A stretch of DNA of 64,000 bases. Origin: an uncultured Bacteroidales bacterium. GTDB lineage: Bacteria > Bacteroidota > Bacteroidia > Bacteroidales > UBA4417. Below are positions 30,174-40,322 of this stretch, piece by piece. The first letter of the stretch is position 1. Every line of letters starts with the position of its first letter. Position numbers and translations under genes: made by a program. Where the stretch lies: contig CAIJPI010000180.1 in assembly GCA_903822525.1 (NCBI GenBank), positions 46,371 to 110,370 of the forward strand, in the 5' to 3' direction. Under the pieces are notes generated by a model. The model was not told the DNA's origin, did no database searches, and was given only the letters and a program-made list of their open reading frames with translations.

Positions 30174-30300
30174 CGCCTTATTGAGTGGAAAAATTTGATT
30201 GCTTGCAACCACGGAAAAAAATGCTAAAACATACTTCCTCAAGCAGCACTTTAATTCTCCCCACCATTTATTTAATTTTTAACCTCTTAATAAGATAGAG

Positions 30301-31638
30301 ATGGGATATTTATTCACATCAGAAAGTGTGTCGGAGGGACATCCCGACAAAGTAGCAGATCAGATATCAGATGCATTGCTGGATGAATTTTTACGGTTTG
30401 ATCCCGAGAGCAAAGTAGCTTGTGAAACGCTTGTAACCACTGGACTGGCTGTATGCAGCGGTGAAGTCCGCACAACGGGTTATGTTGATATTCAGAAAAT
30501 TGTTCGTGGTACTATCGAGCGCATTGGCTATACCAAGGCTGAATATCGTTTTGATAATAACTCCTGTGGCGTTATTTCAACCATACATGAGCAGTCGGAC
30601 GATATTTATATGGGAGTTAATCATGGTAATCCTGAAGATCAGGGTGCCGGCGACCAGGGAATGATGTTCGGTTATGCCAGCAACGAAATGGACAATCTTA
30701 TGCCAATGCCTATTGAGCTGTCGCATATATTGTTGCAGGAAATGGCAACCATTCGCCGTGAAGGTAAAAAAATGAAATACCTGCGTCCCGACAGTAAGTC
30801 GCAGGTAACTATTGAATATGATGAGAGGAACAGGCCGGTTCGTATCGACACCATAGTAGTTTCGACCCAGCATGATGAATTTATTCTGCCTGCTGACTCA
30901 TCACTTAAAGCTGCTAAAGCTGCTGAAAAGGCTATGCAGGACCAAATTGCAGAAGATGTAAAAAGCATTCTCCTTCCGAGGGTAAAAAGGACATTGCCTG
31001 CACGCGTACGCAAACTTTTTGGTGATGATGTTAAGTACTTTGTTAACCCAACCGGAAAGTTTGTGATCGGAGGCCCACACGGTGATACCGGGCTTACAGG
31101 CCGTAAAATTATTGTGGATACTTACGGTGGTAAAGGCGCTCACGGTGGCGGTGCTTTCTCAGGAAAAGATTCGTCGAAAGTTGACCGTTCAGCAGCATAT
31201 GCTGCCCGTCATATTGCTAAAAATCTTGTTGCTGCTGGTGTTGCCGATGAGGTGCTTGTTCAGGTTGCATATGCGATCGGCATTGCTGAACCGGTTGGTG
31301 TTTATGTAAACACCTATAAGACCGGGAAAGTTAAAGATGCTGAAGGCAAAAAACTTACTGATGGCCAGATTGCAGAGAAAGTAAGCAAGATATTTGATTT
31401 GCGTCCGTATGCTATTGTTCAGCGGTTTGGATTAAAGAACCCGATTTTTGAACGCACTGCTTCTTATGGGCATTTTGGCCGCGATCATTACAAAGCCGAA
31501 GTTGAGGTTTATTATAAAAATGGTGTAACCCGTACTGAAAAAATTAACGGAAAAGAAAAATACTTCAAAGAAGTTGAGTTTTTTGGCTGGGAAAAGGTTG
31601 ACAGCACAGATCAGATTAAAAAAGAATTCGGGCTATAA
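30301..31638 (+). CDS. metK: S-adenosylmethionine synthetase
   Basis: [42 protein letters not shown]. Confidence 0.96.
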   Translation: MGYLFTSESVSEGHPDKVADQISDALLDEFLRFDPESKVACETLVTTGLAVCSGEVRTTGYVDIQKIVRGTIERIGYTKAEYRFDNNSCGVISTIHEQSDDIYMGVNHGNPEDQGAGDQGMMFGYASNEMDNLMPMPIELSHILLQEMATIRREGKKMKYLRPDSKSQVTIEYDERNRPVRIDTIVVSTQHDEFILPADSSLKAAKAAEKAMQDQIAEDVKSILLPRVKRTLPARVRKLFGDDVKYFVNPTGKFVIGGPHGDTGLTGRKIIVDTYGGKGAHGGGAFSGKDSSKVDRSAAYAARHIAKNLVAAGVADEVLVQVAYAIGIAEPVGVYVNTYKTGKVKDAEGKKLTDGQIAEKVSKIFDLRPYAIVQRFGLKNPIFERTASYGHFGRDHYKAEVEVYYKNGVTRTEKINGKEKYFKEVEFFGWEKVDSTDQIKKEFGL

Positions 31639-31661
31639 ATATCCGATTAATTATTACAAAA

Positions 31662-31691
31662 GAGCAGGTATAGAAAACCTGCTTTTTTTTT
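31662..31691 (+). terminator. Rho-independent terminator after metK
   Basis: GCAGGT-atagaaa-ACCTGC followed by a T-run of 9-10. Confidence 0.75.
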
Positions 31692-31824
31692 ATTCAGAAA
31701 ACTATAATCTGGTAAAATCTGACATTATTTTTTATGTAATATCTGCCTTTCAGCGATTGTAAGTGCAGGCAAATCGAGAACCTAAGTAATTTTCACAGCG
31801 TGGTAAATGGTTAAACTTAAAAGC

Positions 31825-31866
31825 AAAAAAATCAGGGCGGAATACCATTGGTGTTCCGCCCTGATT
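31825..31866 (-). terminator. Rho-independent terminator after the 264-aa T9SS cargo gene
   Basis: Perfect 12-bp stem ATCAGGGCGGAA / TTCCGCCCTGAT, with a T-run on the minus strand (A-run 31825-31830). Confidence 0.75.
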
Positions 31867-31888
31867 TTATGTCTGAAGTAGTTAGTAT

Positions 31889-32683
31889 TTAATGCTTTAC
31901 AATCATTTTCTTTGACTGAAGAATCTTGCCATCTGCAATAAAGGAATAGAAATAAATTCCGGAGGCAAGGCTGCTGACATCAATAGCTTCTTTCCCTGAA
32001 TGGTTTTCAATTTTAATATTTTCAACTTCAACTCCCAGCATATTCCTGATAATCACATGTGCATAGCGATACGAATCAGGGAGATTGTATTCGATAGTAG
32101 CAAGCTGAGAGGCAGGATTTGGATAGGGCCCTTTTAAAACCAGTTTATCGGTATTGATTCCGGCAGCACTGATACTGAATTCAACAGTCGCCTTTGCCTT
32201 AACAGTTGTTCCAAAAGTGAGGTCATCGAAAAATTCGAAGGTGATGGAAGTGAGGCCGCCTTTTCCGTCGGGATCTGGATAGTAATCAGCATAAAAGGAT
32301 TTGTCGATGGCTCCAGCCGTAAGTGTTGCGGGATTGGTCGAAACATTGGTCATTGGGCTATAGCAATTTACCCCAAAGCAGAATGAATTCATCGATCCGC
32401 TTACTTCCTGGTTCACGGTGCGGCGGACATATGCATTGGTCATATTGGTGGAGGTAGTGTTTTTCATCCAGATATATCCAACCATGTTTTCGACTGCCGG
32501 ATCGCTGCCACTGATTTTTATCGTGCCGTTGTTTATTTTATTGCCAAGTGTATCGTATAATTCCAGTGTGTCAGCCCCGGTCATAAATAATGTACCTGTT
32601 TTCAGGTGATGCATTGTAATGGGACGTGCTGCTAATCCTAAGACAAATAACACTGAGAAAGCAAAGAGTAAGAGTTTTTTCAT
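31889..32683 (-). CDS. T9SS type A sorting domain-containing secreted protein
   Basis: Signal peptide MKKLLLFAFSVLFVLGLAA. The C-terminal ~80 aa (YPNPASQLATIEY...GIYFYSFIADGKILQSKKMIVKH) is the Por/T9SS C-terminal sorting domain. Confidence 0.75.
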   Translation of the reverse strand: MKKLLLFAFSVLFVLGLAARPITMHHLKTGTLFMTGADTLELYDTLGNKINNGTIKISGSDPAVENMVGYIWMKNTTSTNMTNAYVRRTVNQEVSGSMNSFCFGVNCYSPMTNVSTNPATLTAGAIDKSFYADYYPDPDGKGGLTSITFEFFDDLTFGTTVKAKATVEFSISAAGINTDKLVLKGPYPNPASQLATIEYNLPDSYRYAHVIIRNMLGVEVENIKIENHSGKEAIDVSSLASGIYFYSFIADGKILQSKKMIVKH

Positions 32684-32853
32684 GCGCTTGGAACTTAATA
32701 CTTATTGTATATTTTACGTGCAAAGATATATGCAATTTGAATCCGATAAGCAGTGGGATTAAATTATAATAAAGTTTTACTTATTTGGGTGTTAAAAGTT
32801 TTGGAATCATTTTTATGTGGATATTTGCCAGTCAAATAAATAAATCCAAAGAA

Positions 32854-34545
32854 ATGAAAAAATACTGCCTGGTTATTAGTGTGCTTATTGCACTCTCTAT
32901 TTCAGTGTTCGGACAGACTCAGCGTTTTGTGCTGTTTGAAGAATTTACAAATGCAAGTTGCAGCCCCTGTGCTTCGCAGAATCCGGCGTTCGATAATTTG
33001 CTGACCATTAATGCTGCAAAATGCACTTCAATAAAATATCACACCAGCTGGCCAGGAACCGATCCAATGTATACACACAATCCGACTGATTGTGGAACCC
33101 GTGTAACATACTACGGCGTATCAGGTGTTCCTTATGCAGTTATGGATGGAACCCCTGTATCGGGCAGTAATTACCTGGGAGCTCCATCAAATACAACACA
33201 GGCTAAAATTGATGCCGAATATGCTATTACATCACCATTTGAGCTTTCAATCAATCAGCGCCTGAGTTCCGGTAACGATACCTTATATGTTACTATGCTC
33301 GGAAAAGCAACCGCAGCTGTTTCGGGAGTATTGGCAGCTCATTGCGGTATTCTCGAAAAGCATATTCATTTTGCCACAGCGCCAGGAACAAATGGCGAGA
33401 AAGACTTTTACAATGTTATGGTAAAGATGATGCCAACTGCAGCAGGAACATCATTGCCAACCTCATTTCAGGTAGGTGATTATTTTGTGATCGAATATGC
33501 ATGGAAGCTTGCCAATGTATATAATATCAATGAGCTGAGTGTTGTCGGTTTTATACAGAATGTACAAACAAAGGCTGTATTCCAGGCTGCCAATACATCT
33601 TCAACACCTATTTCCGGAGTGTACCAGAACGACCTGGAACTTTCGGGACTTAACAATGTTTTGCCTTCCTATTGTGAACCTTCGTTCACACCTCAGTTCA
33701 GTTTACGGAATAATGGTTCGGTCCCTATTTCATCGGCCGATATAAAATATAAAGTTAACAATGAACCCGAAGCAACTTACCATTATTCAGGAAGTCTTGG
33801 GTTTCTCGACAGGGCAGCAATTAGTTTGCCAACGGTAAATTTTAATATTCTGAATAACAACACGCTGAAAATATATGGTGTTTCGGTGAATGGCGTTTCA
33901 GACGAGTATCCTAAAAATGATTCAATAGCATTTTCCTTTACAATGGCATCACAGTCGGGTACACAGGCAACCGTGCTGGTTAAAACGGATAATAATCCTG
34001 GCGAAACTACCTGGGAGATTAAAAATCTGCAGGGTGTTGTTGTTGCAAATGGCGGCCCATATACCCAGGCGGCCCATACCTACACTACTAATGTCGACCT
34101 CGATTTTGGCACCTGCTACGAGTTTGTTATTCATGATGCCGGTGGAAATGGCGTATGCTGTACCAATGGGATAGGGTTTTACAAGCTTTCGAGCGGAAGC
34201 ACCACCATTGCTACCGGTACTGCTTTTGGCAGTTCACAGACATCGCAGTTCTATTCGCTTAGTAACGTAGGCGTGGCTCAGCCCGACGCGGCATCATTTT
34301 CGGTATATCCTAACCCGGCATGGCAGAATACTACTATAGCCTTTACAAATACAATGAGTGAACAGGTTACAGTTAATGTATACAATATGCAGGGTGCATT
34401 GGTGGTTGTTAATCCTGTAAAGGAATATTCAGCAGGACAGCATGAAATTGAGGTTGACTGCAGCAGTTTAATCCCTGGGGTTTACAATATCAGGCTTACA
34501 GCCGGCGGGAAATTGTTTAGTCAAAAAATCACTGTCAAAAAATAA
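32854..34545 (+). CDS. T9SS type A sorting domain-containing protein with an Omp28-like / thioredoxin-like N-terminal domain
   Basis: Signal MKKYCLVISVLIALSISVFG. FVLFEEFTNASCSPCASQNP resembles the Omp28-family FTGxxCxxCP start. C-terminal CTD is VYPNPAWQNTTIAF...GVYNIRLTAGGKLFSQKITVKK. The ATG at 32854 is preferred. Confidence 0.72.
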   Translation: MKKYCLVISVLIALSISVFGQTQRFVLFEEFTNASCSPCASQNPAFDNLLTINAAKCTSIKYHTSWPGTDPMYTHNPTDCGTRVTYYGVSGVPYAVMDGTPVSGSNYLGAPSNTTQAKIDAEYAITSPFELSINQRLSSGNDTLYVTMLGKATAAVSGVLAAHCGILEKHIHFATAPGTNGEKDFYNVMVKMMPTAAGTSLPTSFQVGDYFVIEYAWKLANVYNINELSVVGFIQNVQTKAVFQAANTSSTPISGVYQNDLELSGLNNVLPSYCEPSFTPQFSLRNNGSVPISSADIKYKVNNEPEATYHYSGSLGFLDRAAISLPTVNFNILNNNTLKIYGVSVNGVSDEYPKNDSIAFSFTMASQSGTQATVLVKTDNNPGETTWEIKNLQGVVVANGGPYTQAAHTYTTNVDLDFGTCYEFVIHDAGGNGVCCTNGIGFYKLSSGSTTIATGTAFGSSQTSQFYSLSNVGVAQPDAASFSVYPNPAWQNTTIAFTNTMSEQVTVNVYNMQGALVVVNPVKEYSAGQHEIEVDCSSLIPGVYNIRLTAGGKLFSQKITVKK

Positions 34546-34565
34546 TCCGTTTCAAAGCAAAGGGG

Positions 34566-34595
34566 AAAGCCCGGTTTATGACCGGGCTTTTTGCG
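34566..34595 (+). terminator. Terminator hairpin between convergent genes
   Basis: Perfect 10-bp stem AAAGCCCGGT / ACCGGGCTTT, then TTTTTG. Confidence 0.7.
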
Positions 34596-34629
34596 TTTTA
34601 AGTTAGGAATCGATGTGGGTTGTATAGTA

Positions 34630-36636
34630 TTAAAAAAGATCTTCCAGCAGGGTTTCGTCAACCATTTGTGGCAAGGTGACACTCAGCCTTGGCTCTTTTT
34701 CCATTGCTCTTTTAATGCTGAAAACAGCACCTTCATTTCGTGCCCAGCTGCGGCGTGAAATGCCGTTATTCACATCCCAGTGCAGCATCATATGAATCCG
34801 GCGGTCGCATTCGGTGCTGCCATCAAGCAACATGCCAAAACCTCCGTTGATTACTTCACCCCAGCCAACTCCGCCTCCGTTATGTAAGCTAACCCAGGTA
34901 GCTCCGCGAAAACTGTCGCCGACAAAATTCTGTACTGCCATATCAGCCGTAAAACTGGAGCCATCGTATATATTGGATGTTTCGCGGTAAGGTGAATCGG
35001 TTCCGGAAACATCATGGTGATCGCGTCCTAATACTACAGGGCCTTTTAATTTTCCCTGACGGATTGCCTCATTAAATGCAGCTGCAATCCGGGTCCGTCC
35101 GTCGCAGTCAGCATACAATATACGGGCCTGTGAACCAACAACAAGTTTATTCTGCTTTGCTTCCCTAATCCAGCGTATGTTGTCATGCATCTGCTGCATA
35201 ATTTCGGCAGGCGATTCCAAAGCCAGTTTTTCGAGAACTTCCATAGCAATCTGGTCAGTGATATCGAGGTCGGAAGGATCGCCCGAAGCGCAAACCCATC
35301 TGAAAGGTCCAAATCCATAATCGAAGCACATGGGTCCCATAATATCCTGAACATACGAAGGATAGCGGAATGTGCCATCCTGTTTCATAATATCGGCACC
35401 AGCCCTTGATGCTTCGAGCAGGAAAGCATTTCCGTAATCGAAAAAATACATTCCTTTGGTCGTGAGCCGGTTGATAGCTGCCACATGCCTGCGCAGCGAT
35501 TCCCAAACCTTTTCCCTGAACTTCTCAGGCTCATATGCCATCATTTGCTTTGATTCGTCTAAAGTGAGCCCTGCAGGATAATAGCCACCGGCAAAAGGGT
35601 TGTGCAGTGAAGTCTGATCCGAACCCATTTCAACATCAATACCGGCCTCGTCAAGTTTTTCCCATAAGTCGACTATGTTGCCCTGGTAGGCAATAGAAAC
35701 AGCTTTCTTGGCAGATTTTGCTTCCCTGATTCGATCCATAATTTTATCAAGGTCGTCGAATACTTCGTCAACCCAACCTTGTGTAAAGCGGGTGTGGACA
35801 GCTTTTGGATTTATTTCAGCAACAATTCCAATGGCACCTGCAATAACTGCTGCCTTGGGCTGTGCTCCCGACATACCCCCCAGGCCGGATGTGACAAAAA
35901 GCTTACCTGCAAGCCCTTCGCCTGATTTTTCCACTTTACGGCCGGCATTCAGAACAGTAATTGTTGTGCCATGCACAATTCCCTGCGGGCCGATATACAT
36001 ATAAGAACCTGCAGTCATTTGCCCATACTGAGTAACGCCGATTGCATTAAAACGTTCCCAATCGTCGGGTTTCGAATAGTTGGGAATCATCATTCCGTTG
36101 GTAACCACAACCCTGGGAGCTTCTTTATGCGAAGGATACAACCCCATAGGATGGCCGGAGTACATTACAAGGGTTTGCTCATCAGTCATTACCGAGAGGT
36201 ACTTCATGGTAAGCAGGTATTGAGCCCAGTTCTGAAAAACAGCTCCGTTTCCGCCATAGGTAATAAGTTCGTGAGGATGCTGGGCAACAGCCGGATCAAG
36301 GTTATTCTGGATCATCAGCATAATGGCTGCCGCTTGTTTACAGCAGGCCGGATATTGATCGATAGGGCGGGCGAACATGGCATATTCGGGTCGAAACCTG
36401 AACATATATATGCGACCATATTTTTTTAGTTCTTCGGCAAACTCTTTTGCCAGAACGGCATGCTGATGCGGTTCAAAATACCGCAGCGCATTACGGATGG
36501 CTAATTTTTTATCTGATCCTGATAATATGTCTTTACGAACAGGTGCATGATTTACTTCAGGATCGTAAGCCCTGGGTTGAGGTAATACTGTCGGGATGCC
36601 TTGTGCGACTGATCTTTGAAATTCGTTCGGCGTCAT
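34630..36636 (-). CDS. hutU: Urocanate hydratase (long form)
   Basis: 668 aa. Contains ELITYGGNGAVFQNW, TSGLGGMSGAQPKA and MGPQGIVHGT-like YIGPQGIVHGTT. Confidence 0.93.
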   Translation of the reverse strand: MTPNEFQRSVAQGIPTVLPQPRAYDPEVNHAPVRKDILSGSDKKLAIRNALRYFEPHQHAVLAKEFAEELKKYGRIYMFRFRPEYAMFARPIDQYPACCKQAAAIMLMIQNNLDPAVAQHPHELITYGGNGAVFQNWAQYLLTMKYLSVMTDEQTLVMYSGHPMGLYPSHKEAPRVVVTNGMMIPNYSKPDDWERFNAIGVTQYGQMTAGSYMYIGPQGIVHGTTITVLNAGRKVEKSGEGLAGKLFVTSGLGGMSGAQPKAAVIAGAIGIVAEINPKAVHTRFTQGWVDEVFDDLDKIMDRIREAKSAKKAVSIAYQGNIVDLWEKLDEAGIDVEMGSDQTSLHNPFAGGYYPAGLTLDESKQMMAYEPEKFREKVWESLRRHVAAINRLTTKGMYFFDYGNAFLLEASRAGADIMKQDGTFRYPSYVQDIMGPMCFDYGFGPFRWVCASGDPSDLDITDQIAMEVLEKLALESPAEIMQQMHDNIRWIREAKQNKLVVGSQARILYADCDGRTRIAAAFNEAIRQGKLKGPVVLGRDHHDVSGTDSPYRETSNIYDGSSFTADMAVQNFVGDSFRGATWVSLHNGGGVGWGEVINGGFGMLLDGSTECDRRIHMMLHWDVNNGISRRSWARNEGAVFSIKRAMEKEPRLSVTLPQMVDETLLEDLF

Positions 36637-36718
36637 AAAAAGGAAAATGTATTTACAGGAGGATGTTTGGAGGAAAGAGGTCGCAAAATTACATTAATAG
36701 TTGGGTAATAGCCATCTG

Positions 36719-39178
36719 TTAGAGAACAAACTGGAATGCTAATTTCCAGGCCATATTTTCTTTGGGCGTTGGCATTGAATACGGTCCATATCGATAGAGC
36801 CAGGCAAACCCGATATCGGTAACGCCAAGCCGAAGTATTTTATTAATTGCTACCCCTGACTCGAAATAACCTTTTTCATACCCTTTAATACCTTCCCTTA
36901 TATGGTTTTCCGGATGGCTGAGTGAACCAATCCCCAGGTTAGTAAGCAGTTCAGGTTCCGGGTTAAAATGCTTGGAACGGAAAAGCAATTTGCCAAAATT
37001 ATGTGAGATAAAAACAGATGCAAACCGGTCAGCCGTAAATTCATCCATCCGCATGGTGGCAAAACTTCCGGGCGAATAAAATGTGAATGGCCTGTATGAA
37101 GCTTTGGCATTATATAGGTTGACATAAGGGATATCCCTGTCGATTAAGCCTGCCTGAAATGTAAATGAGGTGGTGCCTATGTACTTGGTAAATAACGACT
37201 TGCTTATTTTTAGGTCGAAGCGGTTGTATTGATATTGGCCTTGAAGCAAATTGTTGAAACCGTGCACAGCCGCAAACTGAACAATAGGGAAATTGGTGCC
37301 AAGCGAAATGGTTGAACCTGAGTTATTCATGAGTTTTTCGCCGAAAGCGTAACGGATGGATAAAGATGCCTCGGTAAAAGAAAATTCGGAGGCCGAAACT
37401 GTAATATTTTCAGATGACTTTATGGCGTATGCGTAATTGTACTCAGGAATTCTGTTGTAGACAGAAAGCCCGGTTCCGATGGTCATATATTTCAGTATAC
37501 GGGAACTTATCTTTACCTGGTAACATCGCGTATGGTCCATGTTTTCAACCATAATATCCCGAAAACGTGATGGATTGAGAAGGTTGCGTGTCTGGTCGAA
37601 ACTGTTATCAGCACCGGCTTCATCCACATCGTCGTAAAATGCTGCTTTCAGATTGAAATCGCTCAAAGGGTCGAAGAGAATCATACCGTCAGCACCATAT
37701 TTCCAGGTTTTATCTTTAAACCCATACGCTGAATAGCCTCCAATCCTGAACCTGCTGCTGATTTTATCGGATGTTGAGAGCTTTAGCCCTGTTCTGAATC
37801 CTTCGTGGTGATTTGCTTTAAACAGGTAGTCGAGGTAAAGATCGAGGTATCCGAAAGTCACCTTCCCATTACTCATAGCAGCCAGCCGTTTAGTCCATTT
37901 ATCAAAATTTTCGGCTTTGCCGATGCTGTCAATAATGCGGTATGTCCTTTGCTCGCGCATGGAAAGTGAATCTGTTCTGTACTGATCCCATACTTTTTCG
38001 GGCTGCATGTAGGCATCGGGCAAAACATCCACTTCAATGGCTCCGAACTGATTGCGCCGAAGTTTTGGGTTCAGGTTGATATCCGAGATGTAGCTTTTAC
38101 CGCGGCCCATGATTTTAACGCCGTTTTTCTGTGTGCTGTCAAAGCTGATGAGGCCATTTTTGAAAATGATATCTGTGTTAAGCTGAACAGGGAACCAGTG
38201 TGTACTGTCGACGAAATCGTACAACTGCTGTATTTTTATTGAAATATTTTCGTCATCAGCAGATGGTATTGCAATCACATTGCGAATGGCAAAGCCGTTG
38301 GTGCTGATTGATACTGTTCCTTTTAGTCCGTCGAAATTGGTGTTGAGCAGTGGTCTAAATGAGATAATAAAAGTGGTATCATACGGGTAAGGCTCAATAA
38401 GTGTATCCTGTAATTCGAAATAATATTTATGGAAACATCCGTTTGAGACAGGATTTATATAGGCTTTCCCCGCTATATTTATTACTTCCTGATAGAATGT
38501 AGTGGATTGCATCTGGGAGATCAGGAAAACAAAGGTAGGATCGCTTAAGCCGGATACCCGGCTTGCAATAACTTTATTGTAATTATCGGATGGAAACTTA
38601 AAGCTCCGTTTAACGGCACTTTCCATAATAAACAAATGCTGTTTGCCGAAAAAATCTTTTGCTCTGAGGTAAGTTGAATCGGTAGCCAGACTGTCGATGG
38701 ATGGGATGCTATCCGTTTCGGGCCCAAACACCATTTTTTCGTAGGACGTATAGGAGAATGATGGCAGATGCTCATGATCATTGATGTACCGGTTAGCTAA
38801 CACCTGGCGGATGATACGGTTGGCAGGATTTATGCCGGGTCTGATTACAACCTCAGAGAGCTCATAGGCAATTTTGTGCATCCTGATAAGTACTTCGGTT
38901 GAGTATTTTTCGGGGAAAAGCTCCAAGGGCTCATACCCTATGTAGCTAATGGTTAGTTTGTTAATGGGAACAGGGGATCTTAAATTAAATTTACCGTCGA
39001 TATCGGAAATACAACCCTCCGTTCCATCATTAGCCTGTAGGCTTACAAATGCAAGTGGTTCCATTGTTTCAACATCAATAATCTTTCCCCTAAGTTGTGC
39101 AGATTGTGAGAATGACCGGGAAGAAGAAATGAAAACCAGAAATATCAGAATGAAGAATACCTTAAAAATTATTTTCAT
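36719..39178 (-). CDS. DUF5686 / carboxypeptidase-regulatory-like domain protein
   Basis: 819 aa with a signal peptide. N-terminal CarboxypepD_reg-like LRGKIIDVETMEPLAFVSLQ...DIDGKFNL. The long beta-rich remainder has the size and architecture I associate with DUF5686. Confidence 0.7.
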   Translation of the reverse strand: MKIIFKVFFILIFLVFISSSRSFSQSAQLRGKIIDVETMEPLAFVSLQANDGTEGCISDIDGKFNLRSPVPINKLTISYIGYEPLELFPEKYSTEVLIRMHKIAYELSEVVIRPGINPANRIIRQVLANRYINDHEHLPSFSYTSYEKMVFGPETDSIPSIDSLATDSTYLRAKDFFGKQHLFIMESAVKRSFKFPSDNYNKVIASRVSGLSDPTFVFLISQMQSTTFYQEVINIAGKAYINPVSNGCFHKYYFELQDTLIEPYPYDTTFIISFRPLLNTNFDGLKGTVSISTNGFAIRNVIAIPSADDENISIKIQQLYDFVDSTHWFPVQLNTDIIFKNGLISFDSTQKNGVKIMGRGKSYISDINLNPKLRRNQFGAIEVDVLPDAYMQPEKVWDQYRTDSLSMREQRTYRIIDSIGKAENFDKWTKRLAAMSNGKVTFGYLDLYLDYLFKANHHEGFRTGLKLSTSDKISSRFRIGGYSAYGFKDKTWKYGADGMILFDPLSDFNLKAAFYDDVDEAGADNSFDQTRNLLNPSRFRDIMVENMDHTRCYQVKISSRILKYMTIGTGLSVYNRIPEYNYAYAIKSSENITVSASEFSFTEASLSIRYAFGEKLMNNSGSTISLGTNFPIVQFAAVHGFNNLLQGQYQYNRFDLKISKSLFTKYIGTTSFTFQAGLIDRDIPYVNLYNAKASYRPFTFYSPGSFATMRMDEFTADRFASVFISHNFGKLLFRSKHFNPEPELLTNLGIGSLSHPENHIREGIKGYEKGYFESGVAINKILRLGVTDIGFAWLYRYGPYSMPTPKENMAWKLAFQFVL

Positions 39179-39354
39179 TAAACGATTCGTTAATAATTTG
39201 TCAAAATTAAGGAAAGGAATTATAGAACAGACATTTGCACGTTAAATTTTAAAAGAAAAATCTGACGAAATGTATTATTTTTGAAACGGGATCCCGTGCT
39301 TTAATGCCTTGACCCCTCAAAAATTGACTCATTTATTTACCTTTTTTCTGGAAT

Positions 39355-40212
39355 ATGCCTGCTCCCGGATCTATCAGCGAGTATTACACCCACCAACAGC
39401 ATGCCGTTTACCGGCACCTGGAGTTATGCCTGGGCAAGGCCGAAAAGGACGCGATACACCGGTTAAGACTAAGCATTAAAAAGCTGAATGCTTTCAATAA
39501 GCTGGCCGAACACTTGTGCCTTGCTGATTTTGAAACTCATTTTCAGAACACAAAAAAAATAAGAAGATTATATGCACTTGCCGGGCAACTCCGCGACACC
39601 CAGGTACAACTGCACTTATTGGCAACAGCTGAAAGGAAAGCTGGATCTGATTATTCAGAATTTAATAATTGGCTAGTGAACCGGGAGAATAAAAGATTTA
39701 GCAGGTTTGTGCAGAAATCACAAAACAACAGACTTGCTCCGGTTCCACATATTGCAAATACTCAGATCAGTAAAAAGTTGGCTAAGCTTAGTCAGCAGAC
39801 TTTGCTTGATAATACAGCAACCTTCTTATCAGGACTGCTGGTAAAGGCAAAGAAATTATCAACAGGAAGTATACCTGAACGTGATTTGCATCGTATCCGT
39901 ATCATCACAAAGCAGATACGGTATGTTTCGCAAATTGTTAAGCATTGTTATTCGGATTTTAACTTTCATGAAATCTCATTTGAGTCACTGCGGAAAATAG
40001 AAACAGTAGCAGGGAAATGGCATGATTACCTGGTTAGGATAGAGTTGCTGGAAAGATTTATAAAAAAGTATGAGCATTCGGACCATAGCGATAGTATAAA
40101 ATATCAGGCATTTTTAACTGATTGTAAAAAAGAACTTGAGTTAGCATATAAAAATGCCTGCCGTGTGGTTAAACATGAAATGAAAACCAAAATTATTGAT
40201 TCTGAAAACTGA
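39355..40212 (+). CDS. CHAD domain-containing protein
   Basis: Helical protein with repeated conserved-His motifs: IHRLRLSIKKLNA, LRDTQVQLHLL, LHRIRIITKQIRY, GKWHDYLV. Confidence 0.7.
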   Translation: MPAPGSISEYYTHQQHAVYRHLELCLGKAEKDAIHRLRLSIKKLNAFNKLAEHLCLADFETHFQNTKKIRRLYALAGQLRDTQVQLHLLATAERKAGSDYSEFNNWLVNRENKRFSRFVQKSQNNRLAPVPHIANTQISKKLAKLSQQTLLDNTATFLSGLLVKAKKLSTGSIPERDLHRIRIITKQIRYVSQIVKHCYSDFNFHEISFESLRKIETVAGKWHDYLVRIELLERFIKKYEHSDHSDSIKYQAFLTDCKKELELAYKNACRVVKHEMKTKIIDSEN

Positions 40213-40322
40213 GGGCTTTTACAATCATTGGGTTGAATATATTTGTTAGCCTCTTGTAATTAGAAGAACAGTGCTGCACAGAATATTAATATTTTACCAG
40301 TGTGATTAAATGCTGAATGGTT

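Noticed and set aside
30174-30300. S-box (SAM-I) riboswitch upstream of metK
   Set aside because: None of the conserved S-box elements (the kink-turn GA motif, the AGAGGGA/GGCCC core, the terminal GAUAAGAG-type helix) can be found. Only a weak SAM-II-like resemblance remains, and it is listed as a low-confidence finding.
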